42,824 nucleotides of DNA from the IMG/VR virus record IMGVR_UViG_3300030372_002613, positions 1-42,824 of that record; one strand, written 5' to 3'. Position numbers and translations under genes: made by a program. Origin of the DNA: a virus. Taxonomy: Duplodnaviria; Caudoviricetes. The notes beneath the pieces were generated by a model that saw only the letters and a list, made by a program, of their open reading frames with translations, was not told where the DNA came from and searched no databases. Below, one piece after another: positions 25,994-36,098 of the stretch; the stretch's first letter is position 1, and each line of letters opens with the position of its first letter.

Positions 25994-26878
25994 ATGTCAA
26001 CTCAAATAACAACTGCTTTTGTACAGCAGTACAGAGCTAATGTTGAGCACCTTTTACAACAAAAAGGTTCAAAACTTAGACCTTTTGTACGTGTTGAATC
26101 ACAAAACAGCGAGTTTGAATACTACGATCGTATTGGATCTGTTGATGCAGTAGAAGTTACTTCTAGACATTCTGACACTCCTCTAATCTCAACTCCTCAT
26201 GATAGAAGACAAATATCATTAAGAGATTTTGATTGGGCGGATATGATAGACAGAACTGACAGAATAAGACTTCTTATTGACCCAGCATCTCCATACGCAC
26301 AAAACGCCGCTTGGGCACTTGGCAGAAAAATGGATGATATTATCATCGAAGCAGCATTTGGAACAGCGAAATCAGGTAAAACTGGTGGAACTTCAGTTTC
26401 TCATGATGCAGCAAGCCAAATCGCTGTGAACTACGTAGAGTCAGGAGGTGCGACTAACTCGGGCCTTACAATTGGTAAACTTAGAAAAGCGAAACAGTTA
26501 TTGGATTCGAATGAGACTGATCCTTCTGATCCAAGATACATTATCGTAACTTCTAAGCAAGTCACTGATCTGTTACAAACTACTGAAGTAACTAGCTCTG
26601 ATTTTAACTCAATCAAAGCTCTTGTTGCTGGTGAAGTTAACACGTTCATGGGCTTTCAATTTGTAAGAACTGAAAGAGTTGCGACTGACGCTTCTTCTCA
26701 CAGAAGAGTAATTGCTTATGCTAAAAGTGGTCTTCTTATGGCTGTTGGTGCAGATATTAATGTTGATATTGGACCAAGACGAGACAAAAGAAACTCTACC
26801 CAAGTATATTGTTCAGCTTCTTTCGGGGCAACTCGAATGGAAGAGGGCAAAGTGTTAGAAATTAAGTGTGCAGAATAA
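25994..26878 (+). CDS. Major capsid protein
   Basis: MS.QIT.AFVQQY...V..L.QQ.GS.LR, A.ALGR..D, F.GF.F, GA.R.EE; GGAGG RBS. Confidence 0.9.
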   Translation: MSTQITTAFVQQYRANVEHLLQQKGSKLRPFVRVESQNSEFEYYDRIGSVDAVEVTSRHSDTPLISTPHDRRQISLRDFDWADMIDRTDRIRLLIDPASPYAQNAAWALGRKMDDIIIEAAFGTAKSGKTGGTSVSHDAASQIAVNYVESGGATNSGLTIGKLRKAKQLLDSNETDPSDPRYIIVTSKQVTDLLQTTEVTSSDFNSIKALVAGEVNTFMGFQFVRTERVATDASSHRRVIAYAKSGLLMAVGADINVDIGPRRDKRNSTQVYCSASFGATRMEEGKVLEIKCAE

Positions 26879-26890
26879 TAGGAGAATAAC

Positions 26891-27376
26891 ATGGCTGTAA
26901 CAACTCAAAAAAGTACTGAGTACACAAACGCTACGTCAACTCCTGTGGTACAAAATGCTGTTCATGATTATCACGGAAGAGTAAGAATTGCTTACTTTAC
27001 GCATGATCAAGACGGAGCAGGAGATGCAGGTTCATCTGTAGCTCTTTGTTCTTTACCAGCAGGTAAAGTACGTGTTCTGCTAGCATCTTCAAGCGCTTAT
27101 GTAAATTGGACTACTGGTTCAGCTACATTAGACTTAGGATGGGACGCTTATACTAACACAGACGGCACAAGCGTAGCTGCTGATCCTGATGGACTTGTAA
27201 ATGGCTTAGACGTGGATACTGCTGGATACCAAACTTTTGGTGCTGGCACTACTGCGACTGGCGGAGCTTACCTTTTCGAAAGTCAAGGTGGAGTTGTGCT
27301 AAGAGCTACTTCTCAAGACCAGGCATTAGCTAGCGGTGACGATCTAGTAGGCTACATCATGTATGTAGTAGACTAA
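26891..27376 (+). CDS. Capsid decoration / cement protein (putative)
   Basis: Beta-rich, directly after the capsid gene and before a terminator. Confidence 0.6.
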   Translation: MAVTTQKSTEYTNATSTPVVQNAVHDYHGRVRIAYFTHDQDGAGDAGSSVALCSLPAGKVRVLLASSSAYVNWTTGSATLDLGWDAYTNTDGTSVAADPDGLVNGLDVDTAGYQTFGAGTTATGGAYLFESQGGVVLRATSQDQALASGDDLVGYIMYVVD

Positions 27377-27386
27377 TAAACTCAGG

Positions 27387-27420
27387 CTGAAGGGGCTTAG
27401 CTATTGCGGCCCCTTTAGTT
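27387..27420 (+). terminator. Terminator-like hairpin after the capsid genes
   Basis: CTGAAGGGGC...GCCCCTTTAG. Confidence 0.6.
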
Positions 27421-27433
27421 AATAAGGAAAAAT

Positions 27434-28039
27434 ATGGCGAATACAAAGATAAACATTGTAAATAGAGCTTTAGGCTTGTTAGGTGCAGAATTTATAACTT
27501 CATTAACAGAAGATACTAAAGCTGCACGTTTTTCTAACGAGTTATTTGATGATACAAGAGATTCTATATTTAGATTGCATCCTTGGAACTCATGTATTAA
27601 AAGAGCTTCGTTATCTTTATTATCAAGTACTCCAGCATATTATTTTACTAAAGAATTTCAATTACCCGGCGATTTTATAAGAATTCATCAACCAGAAGAT
27701 GATACTGTTGAATATAAAATAGAAAAAGATAAACTATTATGTGATCAAGACACTTTTAAATGTACATATATATTTAGAAACACTGATGTACCAACCTATG
27801 ATGCTTTATTAGTAGAAACATTAGCAGCAAAACTAGCATGTAATTTAACAATGCCTTTATTACAAGATTTAAGAACTTTAGATGCAATGAATAACCTATA
27901 TTATACTAAATTAGCTGAAGCAAGATCAGCAGATGCAACCGAGGGTACTCCTGACGGTCTAGTTTCTGATTTTTGGTTAGAATCAAGAACTGCTGGATCA
28001 AATTTAAGTGATTACAGGTTTAATAAATATACGACGTAA
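27434..28039 (+). CDS. Tail tubular protein A / adaptor (T7 gp11-like)
   Basis: I.N.AL..LG...I, HPWN, LP.DF.R; synteny. Confidence 0.82.
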   Translation: MANTKINIVNRALGLLGAEFITSLTEDTKAARFSNELFDDTRDSIFRLHPWNSCIKRASLSLLSSTPAYYFTKEFQLPGDFIRIHQPEDDTVEYKIEKDKLLCDQDTFKCTYIFRNTDVPTYDALLVETLAAKLACNLTMPLLQDLRTLDAMNNLYYTKLAEARSADATEGTPDGLVSDFWLESRTAGSNLSDYRFNKYTT

Positions 28040-28045
28040 AATGAC

Positions 28046-30064
28046 ATGGCTGAATCATCACCAATTCTTACAAACTTTACTTCAGGAGAGCTTAGTCCAA
28101 GGTTAAATGGCCGTATTGACATGGAGAAGTACTATAATGGTGCTTCTACAATAAATAATTTTCAAGTATTAATGCATGGTGGTCTTCAAAAAAGATCAGG
28201 TACAAGATATATAGCTCCTATAAAAACTCAAACAGGCAGTAACTCAGGGGCAAGACTTATTCCCTTTGTATTTTCTAAAACACAAGCATATATACTAGAA
28301 TTTGGTCATAATTATATTAGATTTTTTAAAGATGAGGGTCAAATAACGTCAGGCGGTAGTGTTTATGAAATTTCTACTACGTATACAGCAGCACAAATAG
28401 ATCAAATTGAATATGTGCAATCTGCTGACGTATTATACTTAGTACATGATGATCATGCTCCTAGAAAATTATCTAGAACTGGTCATACCTCTTGGACACT
28501 AACAGATGTAGATTTTTTTGATGGTCCTTATGAGCCAGCAAATACATCTTCAACAACTTTACAACCTTCTGGAACTTCTGGAAACATTACTATTACTGCT
28601 AGCTCAAATGTATTTGTTGCAAATGATGTAGGAAGATCAGTAAGAATAAAAAATGGAAGTGATTGGGGATTTGCTAAAATAACAGGTTATAACTCCGCTA
28701 CTAATGTAAACGCAACTGTAAATGCTGACATGCCTTTTTCTGCAACCTCTGCAAATGCTGATTGGAGATTAGGTTCTTTTTATACAAATAATTATCCTAC
28801 TAAAATAACTTTCTTTGAAGAAAGATTATTTTATGCAGGCACAACTCAACAACCTAGCACAGTATTTAGTTCAATGTCGGCTGACTTTGATAAGTTTTCC
28901 CCAACTTCTAAGGATGGCTCAGTTAACGATGATAATGGATTACAATTTACTTTAGTATCTGACCAAGTAAACCAAATAACAGGTATGTATGGTGGAAAAT
29001 TTTTAGCAATTTTTACTAAAAATGGTGCATTTAATATGTCATCAGGTTCTGCTACGCAAGGATTGACACCTACTACAATACAGGTTGTTAATGAAACAAA
29101 TGACGGAGCTGCAGATAAGAAAGTATCTCCTGCTTCTAAATCAGTATTATTTATAGGAAAAAATAAAAAACGTCTAAGAGAATTTGCTTATAATATTGAT
29201 TATGATTCATTTACTACACCTGACATGACTGTATTATCAGAACACGTAGGTTTTGGAGGATTTGAAGAATGTGCTTTTGCTAATTATCCTAATAATATAT
29301 TATGGGTAAGAAGAGGGGATGGCGTATTATTAGGTTTTACTTATTATAGAGATCAAGATGTTACTGCTTGGCATAGACATACAATAGCAGGTACTAATGC
29401 TAAAGTAAAAAGTATTGCTGTTATACCTGGAGTTGATGATGCTTTTGATACTTTATATTTAATTGTAGAAAGAACAATAAATAGTGCTACAACTCAATAT
29501 GTAGAATTTTTAGAACAAGATTTTAGAGGTGCTGATGGTGATACAAAAGATGATCAATTTTATGTAGATTCTGGATTAACTTACTCAGGTAGTGCAGCTA
29601 CAAGTATATCTGGATTAAGTCATTTAGAAGGCCAAACAGTGGCTGTATTAAATAATGGTGCCGTTGAATCTAATAAAACAGTATCATCAGGATCAATAAC
29701 ATTAACTAATTCTACTACTAAATGTCATGTAGGATTACCTTTTACTGCTGAGTTAGAATCTGTAAACGTTGAGCCAAAAAGTCAATATGGTACAACTCAA
29801 GGCAAAAGAGGCAGAATAGATAAAGTTATATTTAGATTATTTGAAACTGTAGGATTAAAAGCAGGACCGGCTTCTTCTAGTGTAGATGTTGTGCCATTTA
29901 GAACGACTACAAGTACTATGTCAGCAACTGATCCTAAGACTGGAGATTATACATTTTTAATGCCTGCTACATATACTACAGAAAATAAATTATATGTTAA
30001 ATCGGATACAGCACAAGCTTGTACTATATCCGCTATAATGATACAGATGAGTACTTATTCATGA
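28046..30064 (+). CDS. Tail tubular protein B / nozzle (T7 gp12-like)
   Basis: NFTSGELSP.L.GR.D...Y, QSADV, AWHRH, LSHLEG..V. Confidence 0.88.
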   Translation: MAESSPILTNFTSGELSPRLNGRIDMEKYYNGASTINNFQVLMHGGLQKRSGTRYIAPIKTQTGSNSGARLIPFVFSKTQAYILEFGHNYIRFFKDEGQITSGGSVYEISTTYTAAQIDQIEYVQSADVLYLVHDDHAPRKLSRTGHTSWTLTDVDFFDGPYEPANTSSTTLQPSGTSGNITITASSNVFVANDVGRSVRIKNGSDWGFAKITGYNSATNVNATVNADMPFSATSANADWRLGSFYTNNYPTKITFFEERLFYAGTTQQPSTVFSSMSADFDKFSPTSKDGSVNDDNGLQFTLVSDQVNQITGMYGGKFLAIFTKNGAFNMSSGSATQGLTPTTIQVVNETNDGAADKKVSPASKSVLFIGKNKKRLREFAYNIDYDSFTTPDMTVLSEHVGFGGFEECAFANYPNNILWVRRGDGVLLGFTYYRDQDVTAWHRHTIAGTNAKVKSIAVIPGVDDAFDTLYLIVERTINSATTQYVEFLEQDFRGADGDTKDDQFYVDSGLTYSGSAATSISGLSHLEGQTVAVLNNGAVESNKTVSSGSITLTNSTTKCHVGLPFTAELESVNVEPKSQYGTTQGKRGRIDKVIFRLFETVGLKAGPASSSVDVVPFRTTTSTMSATDPKTGDYTFLMPATYTTENKLYVKSDTAQACTISAIMIQMSTYS

Positions 30065-30507
30065 TTGTTGTACCTTTTGAAGAGTGGCACTTTGATCATA
30101 TAGAATTAGATGGCCCTGAACAGAAAATGCTAGAGAATTATGGCAAAACTTTGAAAGACTTAGTAGCATGCTTAAAACATGTAGGAGCTACTTTTTCCTG
30201 GTATAAGGATAAAAAAATAGTAGGTATATGCGGAGTTATGCCTCATTGGAACGGCGTAGGAGAAGCTTATATGTTTTTATCTCCAGAGTTTAAAAAAAAT
30301 AAAATTCGTTGTATAAAAGATATAAGATATTATTTAAAACTGATAGCGGATCAATTTAAGTTTCACAGGGTCCATTGTCACGTTATAAAAGATTTTGACC
30401 GAGCTGTAAAGTTTGCTGAGTTCCTTGGCTTTACAAAAGAAGCAGAATTAAAACAGTTTGGTCCTAACAAAGAGGACTATTATAAGTTGGTAAAATTTTA
30501 TGAGTAA
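30061..30507 (+). CDS. GNAT-fold protein (T7 gp13-like position)
   Basis: Likely start ATG 30061 (ATGA overlap); A..FAEFLGF..E motif. Confidence 0.7.
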   Translation: MIVVPFEEWHFDHIELDGPEQKMLENYGKTLKDLVACLKHVGATFSWYKDKKIVGICGVMPHWNGVGEAYMFLSPEFKKNKIRCIKDIRYYLKLIADQFKFHRVHCHVIKDFDRAVKFAEFLGFTKEAELKQFGPNKEDYYKLVKFYE

Positions 30508-30976
30508 AGCAATGGCAGCAACAGTAATGATGGGGGTAGGTACTGCTATCTCTGCTTACGGAGCATATCAGCAAGGTAAAAATCAAAGAGCCTTAAATGA
30601 GTATAACGCACAAATAGCAGAACAAAATGCTAAGATAGCACAAGATAAAGCTGATTATGACAAAGAGCAATTAAAAAGAAGAATAAGAAAACTTCAAGGT
30701 TCTACTACCGTAGCTTTATCAAAAGCTGGTGTTGATGCAACAGAGGGCACTGCTATTGATTTATTTGAAGAGTTAGCTATAGAGAGCGAAAAAGATTTAT
30801 TAATGATTCAGTATAATGCTGATCTTAAAAAACGTGGCTATACTGTAGAAGCTGCAACTGCAAGATTTACTGGAGCTGCTGCTTATCAAGCTGGCAAAAT
30901 GAGAGCCGCTAGTACACTATTAACTGGCGGTAGTTCAACTTATAAATATGGTCAAGACGTGGAGGCATTTGGTTAA
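30500..30976 (+). CDS. Small internal virion / ejection protein (gp14-like)
   Basis: Hydrophobic A/G-rich N-terminus, coiled coil, AGV....GT motif. Confidence 0.7.
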   Translation: MSKAMAATVMMGVGTAISAYGAYQQGKNQRALNEYNAQIAEQNAKIAQDKADYDKEQLKRRIRKLQGSTTVALSKAGVDATEGTAIDLFEELAIESEKDLLMIQYNADLKKRGYTVEAATARFTGAAAYQAGKMRAASTLLTGGSSTYKYGQDVEAFG

Positions 30977-33177
30977 TGGTTAAGATTCCAACATACGACG
31001 GTTCAGTACAACGAAGATCATCTACAGGACAAGGAGCTCAAGGTTTTTCTGGAGGTCAAATAGCTGTAGCTTCTGATACAGGTCTAACTTCATTTGGTAA
31101 AGGTATAACAAATATGGGTGAGACTATGGCTAAAATTGAAGTTGATAAAATGAAAAAAGAAGCAACTTTATGGAATTCTACTAGCTATGAAAAAGTATTT
31201 ACAGAGTATAATGAATGGCAAGATAAACAGGAATCTGAATATGAAAAACCAGGTGCTAAAGGATTTACTAATGATGCATTAGGTAAGTTTCAAGAAATAT
31301 CAGATAAGTACTTAGGGCAAGCTCCTAATAAATATGCTATTCAAGAGTGGAAGCAAAGAATGAATGCTTTTAAAATGCAAGTGTTTAAACAAGCTACTGC
31401 TTTTGAAGCTGAAGAAACTTTAGAATATCAAAAAGATCAATTTAATGAAACAGTAGAAAGTATAGCATTAAGATCAGCAATTGATCCTTCAGGCTGGGAC
31501 TTAAATACTTATCAGTCAGCTATAAAAGACATTTTAAAGGCTCTTGATACAAAAGAGACAGATGGAATAGAAGGATATTCTAATTTATGGAATAAAAATG
31601 AATTAAAAAAAGCAGAAGACAGAGCATTAGCTTATATTGCAGAAACAATGATTACATCAGTCATTGACGAGGGAGATCCTATGAAAGTTGCAATGATAAA
31701 AGAAATGTTCGAGACGGGGAGATTTGCTAAAGTACTTGACGCTGATAAACACCAAGCCTTAAAAAATAAAGCTTTTGGAATTAAGAATGCTATTGATAAA
31801 GAAGAAAAAAGAAAATTTGAAGTTAAAATAGAGGATAATTTAGCTAATGTTGCAACAAATGGTAGTGCTGTTCATGAACTAACTGAAGATGAATTTAAGT
31901 ATTATTATGGAGATAATAATGCTGCTTACGGAGATTATCAAAGAAAATTTGAAGTTGGCAAAAAAATATATACACATACAACTGCTGTATCAACTATGGA
32001 CGCAAATGGTATGACTGATTATGTTAATAAACTACCTGATACAACTGCAGATCAAAAGCTTATAAAATCAGAAATGGCTAAAAAAGTTACTCAAATGAAA
32101 GATTTAATGGAATCAGATGCAGTTGTATATGCTCAAACTTATAGAAAAGATATATTTAATAAAATAAAATCTGATGACTTAGCTACTAGAATGGAAGGAT
32201 ACAATTCATTAATTGAAATGCAAGAAAGCTTTGGTATAAGAGGCGCTGATAAAGTATTACTTGGCGACGTTGAAAGAGCAAGATTATCACAAACATTTAT
32301 GGACTCTAATATTGCTGACAAAGAATCTATTCAAGCTTTTGTTATTCAGTTAAAAGAAGAATATGGAGATTATTTTGATGATGTAATGGCTGAACTAATA
32401 GTTCACGGTAAGTTAGATAAAAATGTAGCAGCTGCTATGATGTATGTAGGCGACCCTGACTTTGGTGCAATCTTTGAGGCATCAAGAATGAAACTTGACA
32501 AAAATGCTATTGCAAGAGCTGATAATGAAACTATAAATGCTACTATACAAGCTGATTTTATAGCTATAAGACAAGCATTAACTAAGACAAATGCTAATGC
32601 TATTCCAATGGTTGATGGCTGGCAAAATTTAATAACTAAAATGATTAAGATGAAAGTATCTCAAGGAGTAGAGGTAAATGACGCAATAAAACAAGTTACT
32701 GATCAATATATTACCGGTAAGTATCATATTGGAGAAGACTTTATAGTTCCAAAATTAAGTCCAAATACTAATCTTGACATATCTCAATTTAAAGCGGTGG
32801 CTAATAATGTATTAGAAAATATAAGTCAATCAGGACTAGACTTTGAAATATTAAACTCTGGTAATGTTACTTTAGATACTTATGGACAAAGCACAGGTCA
32901 ATATAAATCTATACAGGGAGAGTTAAGAGCTACAAATACTAAATGGAGAAATACAGCAGACGGTACAGGAGTAGAATTAGTTTATGACTTTGGAGAAAAT
33001 GGTTATTATCCTGTATACTTTACAGGTCCTGTTGATCCTCCTGGAACTCAAGGTACAAGACAAAAAGTAGTACTTTCTTTTGATGATATGAGAACAAGAA
33101 TAGAAAATGAGTCAATAAAAAATACAAACGACATCTTCAGTTATAATAAAGATGGTAAACCATATATACAGTTTTAA
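30976..33177 (+). CDS. Internal virion / ejection protein
   Basis: MVKIPTY start; large and helical; synteny with podovirus core proteins. Confidence 0.65.
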   Translation: MVKIPTYDGSVQRRSSTGQGAQGFSGGQIAVASDTGLTSFGKGITNMGETMAKIEVDKMKKEATLWNSTSYEKVFTEYNEWQDKQESEYEKPGAKGFTNDALGKFQEISDKYLGQAPNKYAIQEWKQRMNAFKMQVFKQATAFEAEETLEYQKDQFNETVESIALRSAIDPSGWDLNTYQSAIKDILKALDTKETDGIEGYSNLWNKNELKKAEDRALAYIAETMITSVIDEGDPMKVAMIKEMFETGRFAKVLDADKHQALKNKAFGIKNAIDKEEKRKFEVKIEDNLANVATNGSAVHELTEDEFKYYYGDNNAAYGDYQRKFEVGKKIYTHTTAVSTMDANGMTDYVNKLPDTTADQKLIKSEMAKKVTQMKDLMESDAVVYAQTYRKDIFNKIKSDDLATRMEGYNSLIEMQESFGIRGADKVLLGDVERARLSQTFMDSNIADKESIQAFVIQLKEEYGDYFDDVMAELIVHGKLDKNVAAAMMYVGDPDFGAIFEASRMKLDKNAIARADNETINATIQADFIAIRQALTKTNANAIPMVDGWQNLITKMIKMKVSQGVEVNDAIKQVTDQYITGKYHIGEDFIVPKLSPNTNLDISQFKAVANNVLENISQSGLDFEILNSGNVTLDTYGQSTGQYKSIQGELRATNTKWRNTADGTGVELVYDFGENGYYPVYFTGPVDPPGTQGTRQKVVLSFDDMRTRIENESIKNTNDIFSYNKDGKPYIQF

Positions 33178-33179
33178 AT

Positions 33180-36098
33180 ATGCCAAGTATTAAACTACCA
33201 AAAGCAGACGACTACGAGCATCTAAAAAATATTGGTCATAATTTTTTACAAATTAATAATGATCAGTATGGTGATATTATGTGGGACGAAGGTAAGACGT
33301 TCCGTATACTTGATTTTAAAGATCTTGACATGAATCAAGATGATACTAGTGAGAGTACATTTAAAAGGTGGTATGAGCAAACAGTTAAATCAAATTGGCA
33401 TGCTGAAACAGGAGAAGCTGTTGATATAGGTGGTGATACAGAATATTTTAATCACATGACCGGCCAGTCAGAAGCTAGAACAGGAGACTTACTATCAGCA
33501 CAACAAGCTAATGAAAAATATGGATTAGATGGCAACTTAACTTTTGACAGAGATATTACTGTAGCAGAAGCACAAATACTGCATCAAAGAAAATTAAAAG
33601 AAATGAATTTTCAACAGATGTATCAAATGGCAAATGGCTTTTGGCAAAGATTATATGGGATAGGTGCAATGGGCGTATCTGCAATGTATGACCCAATTAA
33701 CGTAGGTTTATTATTCTCTCCTGATCCATTTACAAAAGTAGGATTTTTAGGAATGGCTGCAAAGCAAGGAATTAGTGTAGCTAGATTTGCTTCAACTGCA
33801 GGACGTACTGCAATATATACAGCTCCTTTTGAAGGATTTGTTGCTGCTCAAAAATGGAATGAACAAGCAGATTATACATTATTAGATTCATTTATGGCTG
33901 TTACATTAGGTTCAGCTGGATTTGGTGGTATACATGTTGTTGGCGGTAAGACTGCTGATTGGCTAATGGGTGTATCTGCAAAAAGACACTCTGCTGCTTT
34001 AGACTTAGCTTATAAGCAGGCTTTGGCTGATCAAGATATAAATGTTGATGCATTATTAAAAGCTTCAAAAGATGTAGCAAGAAAGAAAAATTATCCATCA
34101 GGACAGTTTTTAGACGATGTAGATGCTGCAGAGTTACAACGAGCTTATAATAAAAGAACAGGATATGTTCCACCTCAAATAGAATATAAACCTAGTGTTG
34201 CAGACGAAGGTGCTACAATTGGAGAATCTTCTTATAGATCTATTGACTTAGAAGAATTACCAGGAGCTCCTTTATTAGAAGAAGACTTTACTGTTACTGC
34301 TGGAAAACAAGGCTCTAACGAAGGCAATATTGTTACTCATCAAAGCACAGGTGAGCAATGGTATATGAAATATCCTAAGAATAAAGAATGGGCTTTAAAC
34401 GAAATGATTGCGTCTTCTATATTACACTTAATATTAAAAGATGGTGCTCCTAAAGTAAGACCAGTTTTAAGATCAGGAAAATTTGTAGGTATAGCTTCTA
34501 AATGGAAAGAAGGAAAACCTTTAACTATGGATGAAGTTAATAACTTAATTAAGACTAATCCTGTTGTTTATAAAGAATTTTTAGAAACAGCAATGGTACA
34601 TGCATGGCTTGGTAACAGAGATTTTGCAGCTCCTGGAAACTTAATATTATCTCCGCAAGGTAAAATTACTAGTATTGATGCTGGTGGCTCATTAAAATTT
34701 AGAGCTCTTGGAGAATTAAAAGATGATTGGGATATGACTACTATTAAAGAAATTAAAAGCTTTATAAGTGGCGTTAATCCTGATATTAAGTTTCATTTAG
34801 ACAATATGAATCTTGATATGTTTAAAAATGCCATTGCTAAAATATATTCTATATCAGACGGGGAAATAGAAGCTATTGTCAGAGATGCTGCTAAACACGC
34901 AGACGCAGGTAATCAAAAAGATTTTGTTAATGAATTAACATTTGCTTTAGTAAATAGAAGAGATGCTGTTGGTAATATAGAAATTGTTAGAGCATTTAAA
35001 CAATTAGAAACAGATGGCAAAAAAATACCGCCACAAATTTCTCAAGAAATAAAAAATCCAGCTATTGAACCTGCTATGATAAACGAAATTGCTGGAATGG
35101 AAATTAAAAAAATTGCAAATAGAAAATTTATATATAAAAAATTTAACTCTCACGACGAAGCTATGAAGTATATAGATAATCAAATTAAAAAATTAGGTGA
35201 TGATCTTACTCCTAACGAAAAGACAGCGTTAATGAAATGGGCAGCTCAATCTGTAACCCATGCTGACGTTAAAGCTTATATGACAGGTAAATCAACTAAT
35301 AAAGCTATGCTTGTAAAAGCTTTGTTATCTGCTATAAATAAATTTGAAACAGGAGATAATATAACTATATATGCCGGAAAAGAAGCTTCTAATTTTTTTG
35401 ATGAAGGCATATTACCCTATGGTTTATTAAATAAAGGAGATGGTGCTAAGATTTTAGGAATGGAATTTTCTACTAAATCAGTATTTAATGCTAGTTTATT
35501 ATATCATAAAGCAAATTATTTTCTTCTTAAAAATCAGCAACCTGTTAAGTTTAAAATATTTGTTCCTAAAAGAACTAAAATGGCTTTTGTAGATAAGCAT
35601 GCTAGTAGTACAGCAAAAGCTTTATATGGTCATGAAGCCGAGGTCTTATTACCTCCTGAAACAAGACTTAAAATAGTTAAAGCTAACAGAGTTCAAACAG
35701 GAGAAAATAGAGTATGGCATATAGACGCTGAAATAGTTGATCCTAAAAAATCTATACAAAGTATGAACATGGATGAAATATTAAAAAGATCAGAAGCTAA
35801 TTATTATGCTTCTAAACATGGTCCAACTACTTCTGATGTAAAATTAGATCCAGAAACAAGAGCGTTAAATACAAGAGAACGTTTACAAAAAATAGAATCT
35901 GATACTGATAATATTGATTTAACTAATATAAATAAAGAGATAGAATCATTAACAGAGGAGCTAAGAGTATATAAAAAAGATTCTTTAGATAGTGAAGTTA
36001 AGATTGTAAAAGATGAAACAAATGCTAAAGTAAAGAAAAGTAAATCTTTATTTGACGGCGCAAAAGCAGTATTAAACTGCGTAATAGGTAAAGTATAA
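33180..36098 (+). CDS. Internal virion protein with inserted atypical kinase and ADP-ribosyltransferase-like domains
   Basis: GKQGSNEG, WYMK, NE.IAS, WLGNRDF..PGN, IDAGG (kinase); LT..E..AL, FKI.VPK, EAEVLLPP..RLKI (ART). Confidence 0.75.
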   Translation: MPSIKLPKADDYEHLKNIGHNFLQINNDQYGDIMWDEGKTFRILDFKDLDMNQDDTSESTFKRWYEQTVKSNWHAETGEAVDIGGDTEYFNHMTGQSEARTGDLLSAQQANEKYGLDGNLTFDRDITVAEAQILHQRKLKEMNFQQMYQMANGFWQRLYGIGAMGVSAMYDPINVGLLFSPDPFTKVGFLGMAAKQGISVARFASTAGRTAIYTAPFEGFVAAQKWNEQADYTLLDSFMAVTLGSAGFGGIHVVGGKTADWLMGVSAKRHSAALDLAYKQALADQDINVDALLKASKDVARKKNYPSGQFLDDVDAAELQRAYNKRTGYVPPQIEYKPSVADEGATIGESSYRSIDLEELPGAPLLEEDFTVTAGKQGSNEGNIVTHQSTGEQWYMKYPKNKEWALNEMIASSILHLILKDGAPKVRPVLRSGKFVGIASKWKEGKPLTMDEVNNLIKTNPVVYKEFLETAMVHAWLGNRDFAAPGNLILSPQGKITSIDAGGSLKFRALGELKDDWDMTTIKEIKSFISGVNPDIKFHLDNMNLDMFKNAIAKIYSISDGEIEAIVRDAAKHADAGNQKDFVNELTFALVNRRDAVGNIEIVRAFKQLETDGKKIPPQISQEIKNPAIEPAMINEIAGMEIKKIANRKFIYKKFNSHDEAMKYIDNQIKKLGDDLTPNEKTALMKWAAQSVTHADVKAYMTGKSTNKAMLVKALLSAINKFETGDNITIYAGKEASNFFDEGILPYGLLNKGDGAKILGMEFSTKSVFNASLLYHKANYFLLKNQQPVKFKIFVPKRTKMAFVDKHASSTAKALYGHEAEVLLPPETRLKIVKANRVQTGENRVWHIDAEIVDPKKSIQSMNMDEILKRSEANYYASKHGPTTSDVKLDPETRALNTRERLQKIESDTDNIDLTNINKEIESLTEELRVYKKDSLDSEVKIVKDETNAKVKKSKSLFDGAKAVLNCVIGKV

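Noticed and set aside
30061-30507. GNAT protein as part of the DNA-modification system
   Set aside because: Its position after tail tube B is standard for T7/BPP-1-like virion modules
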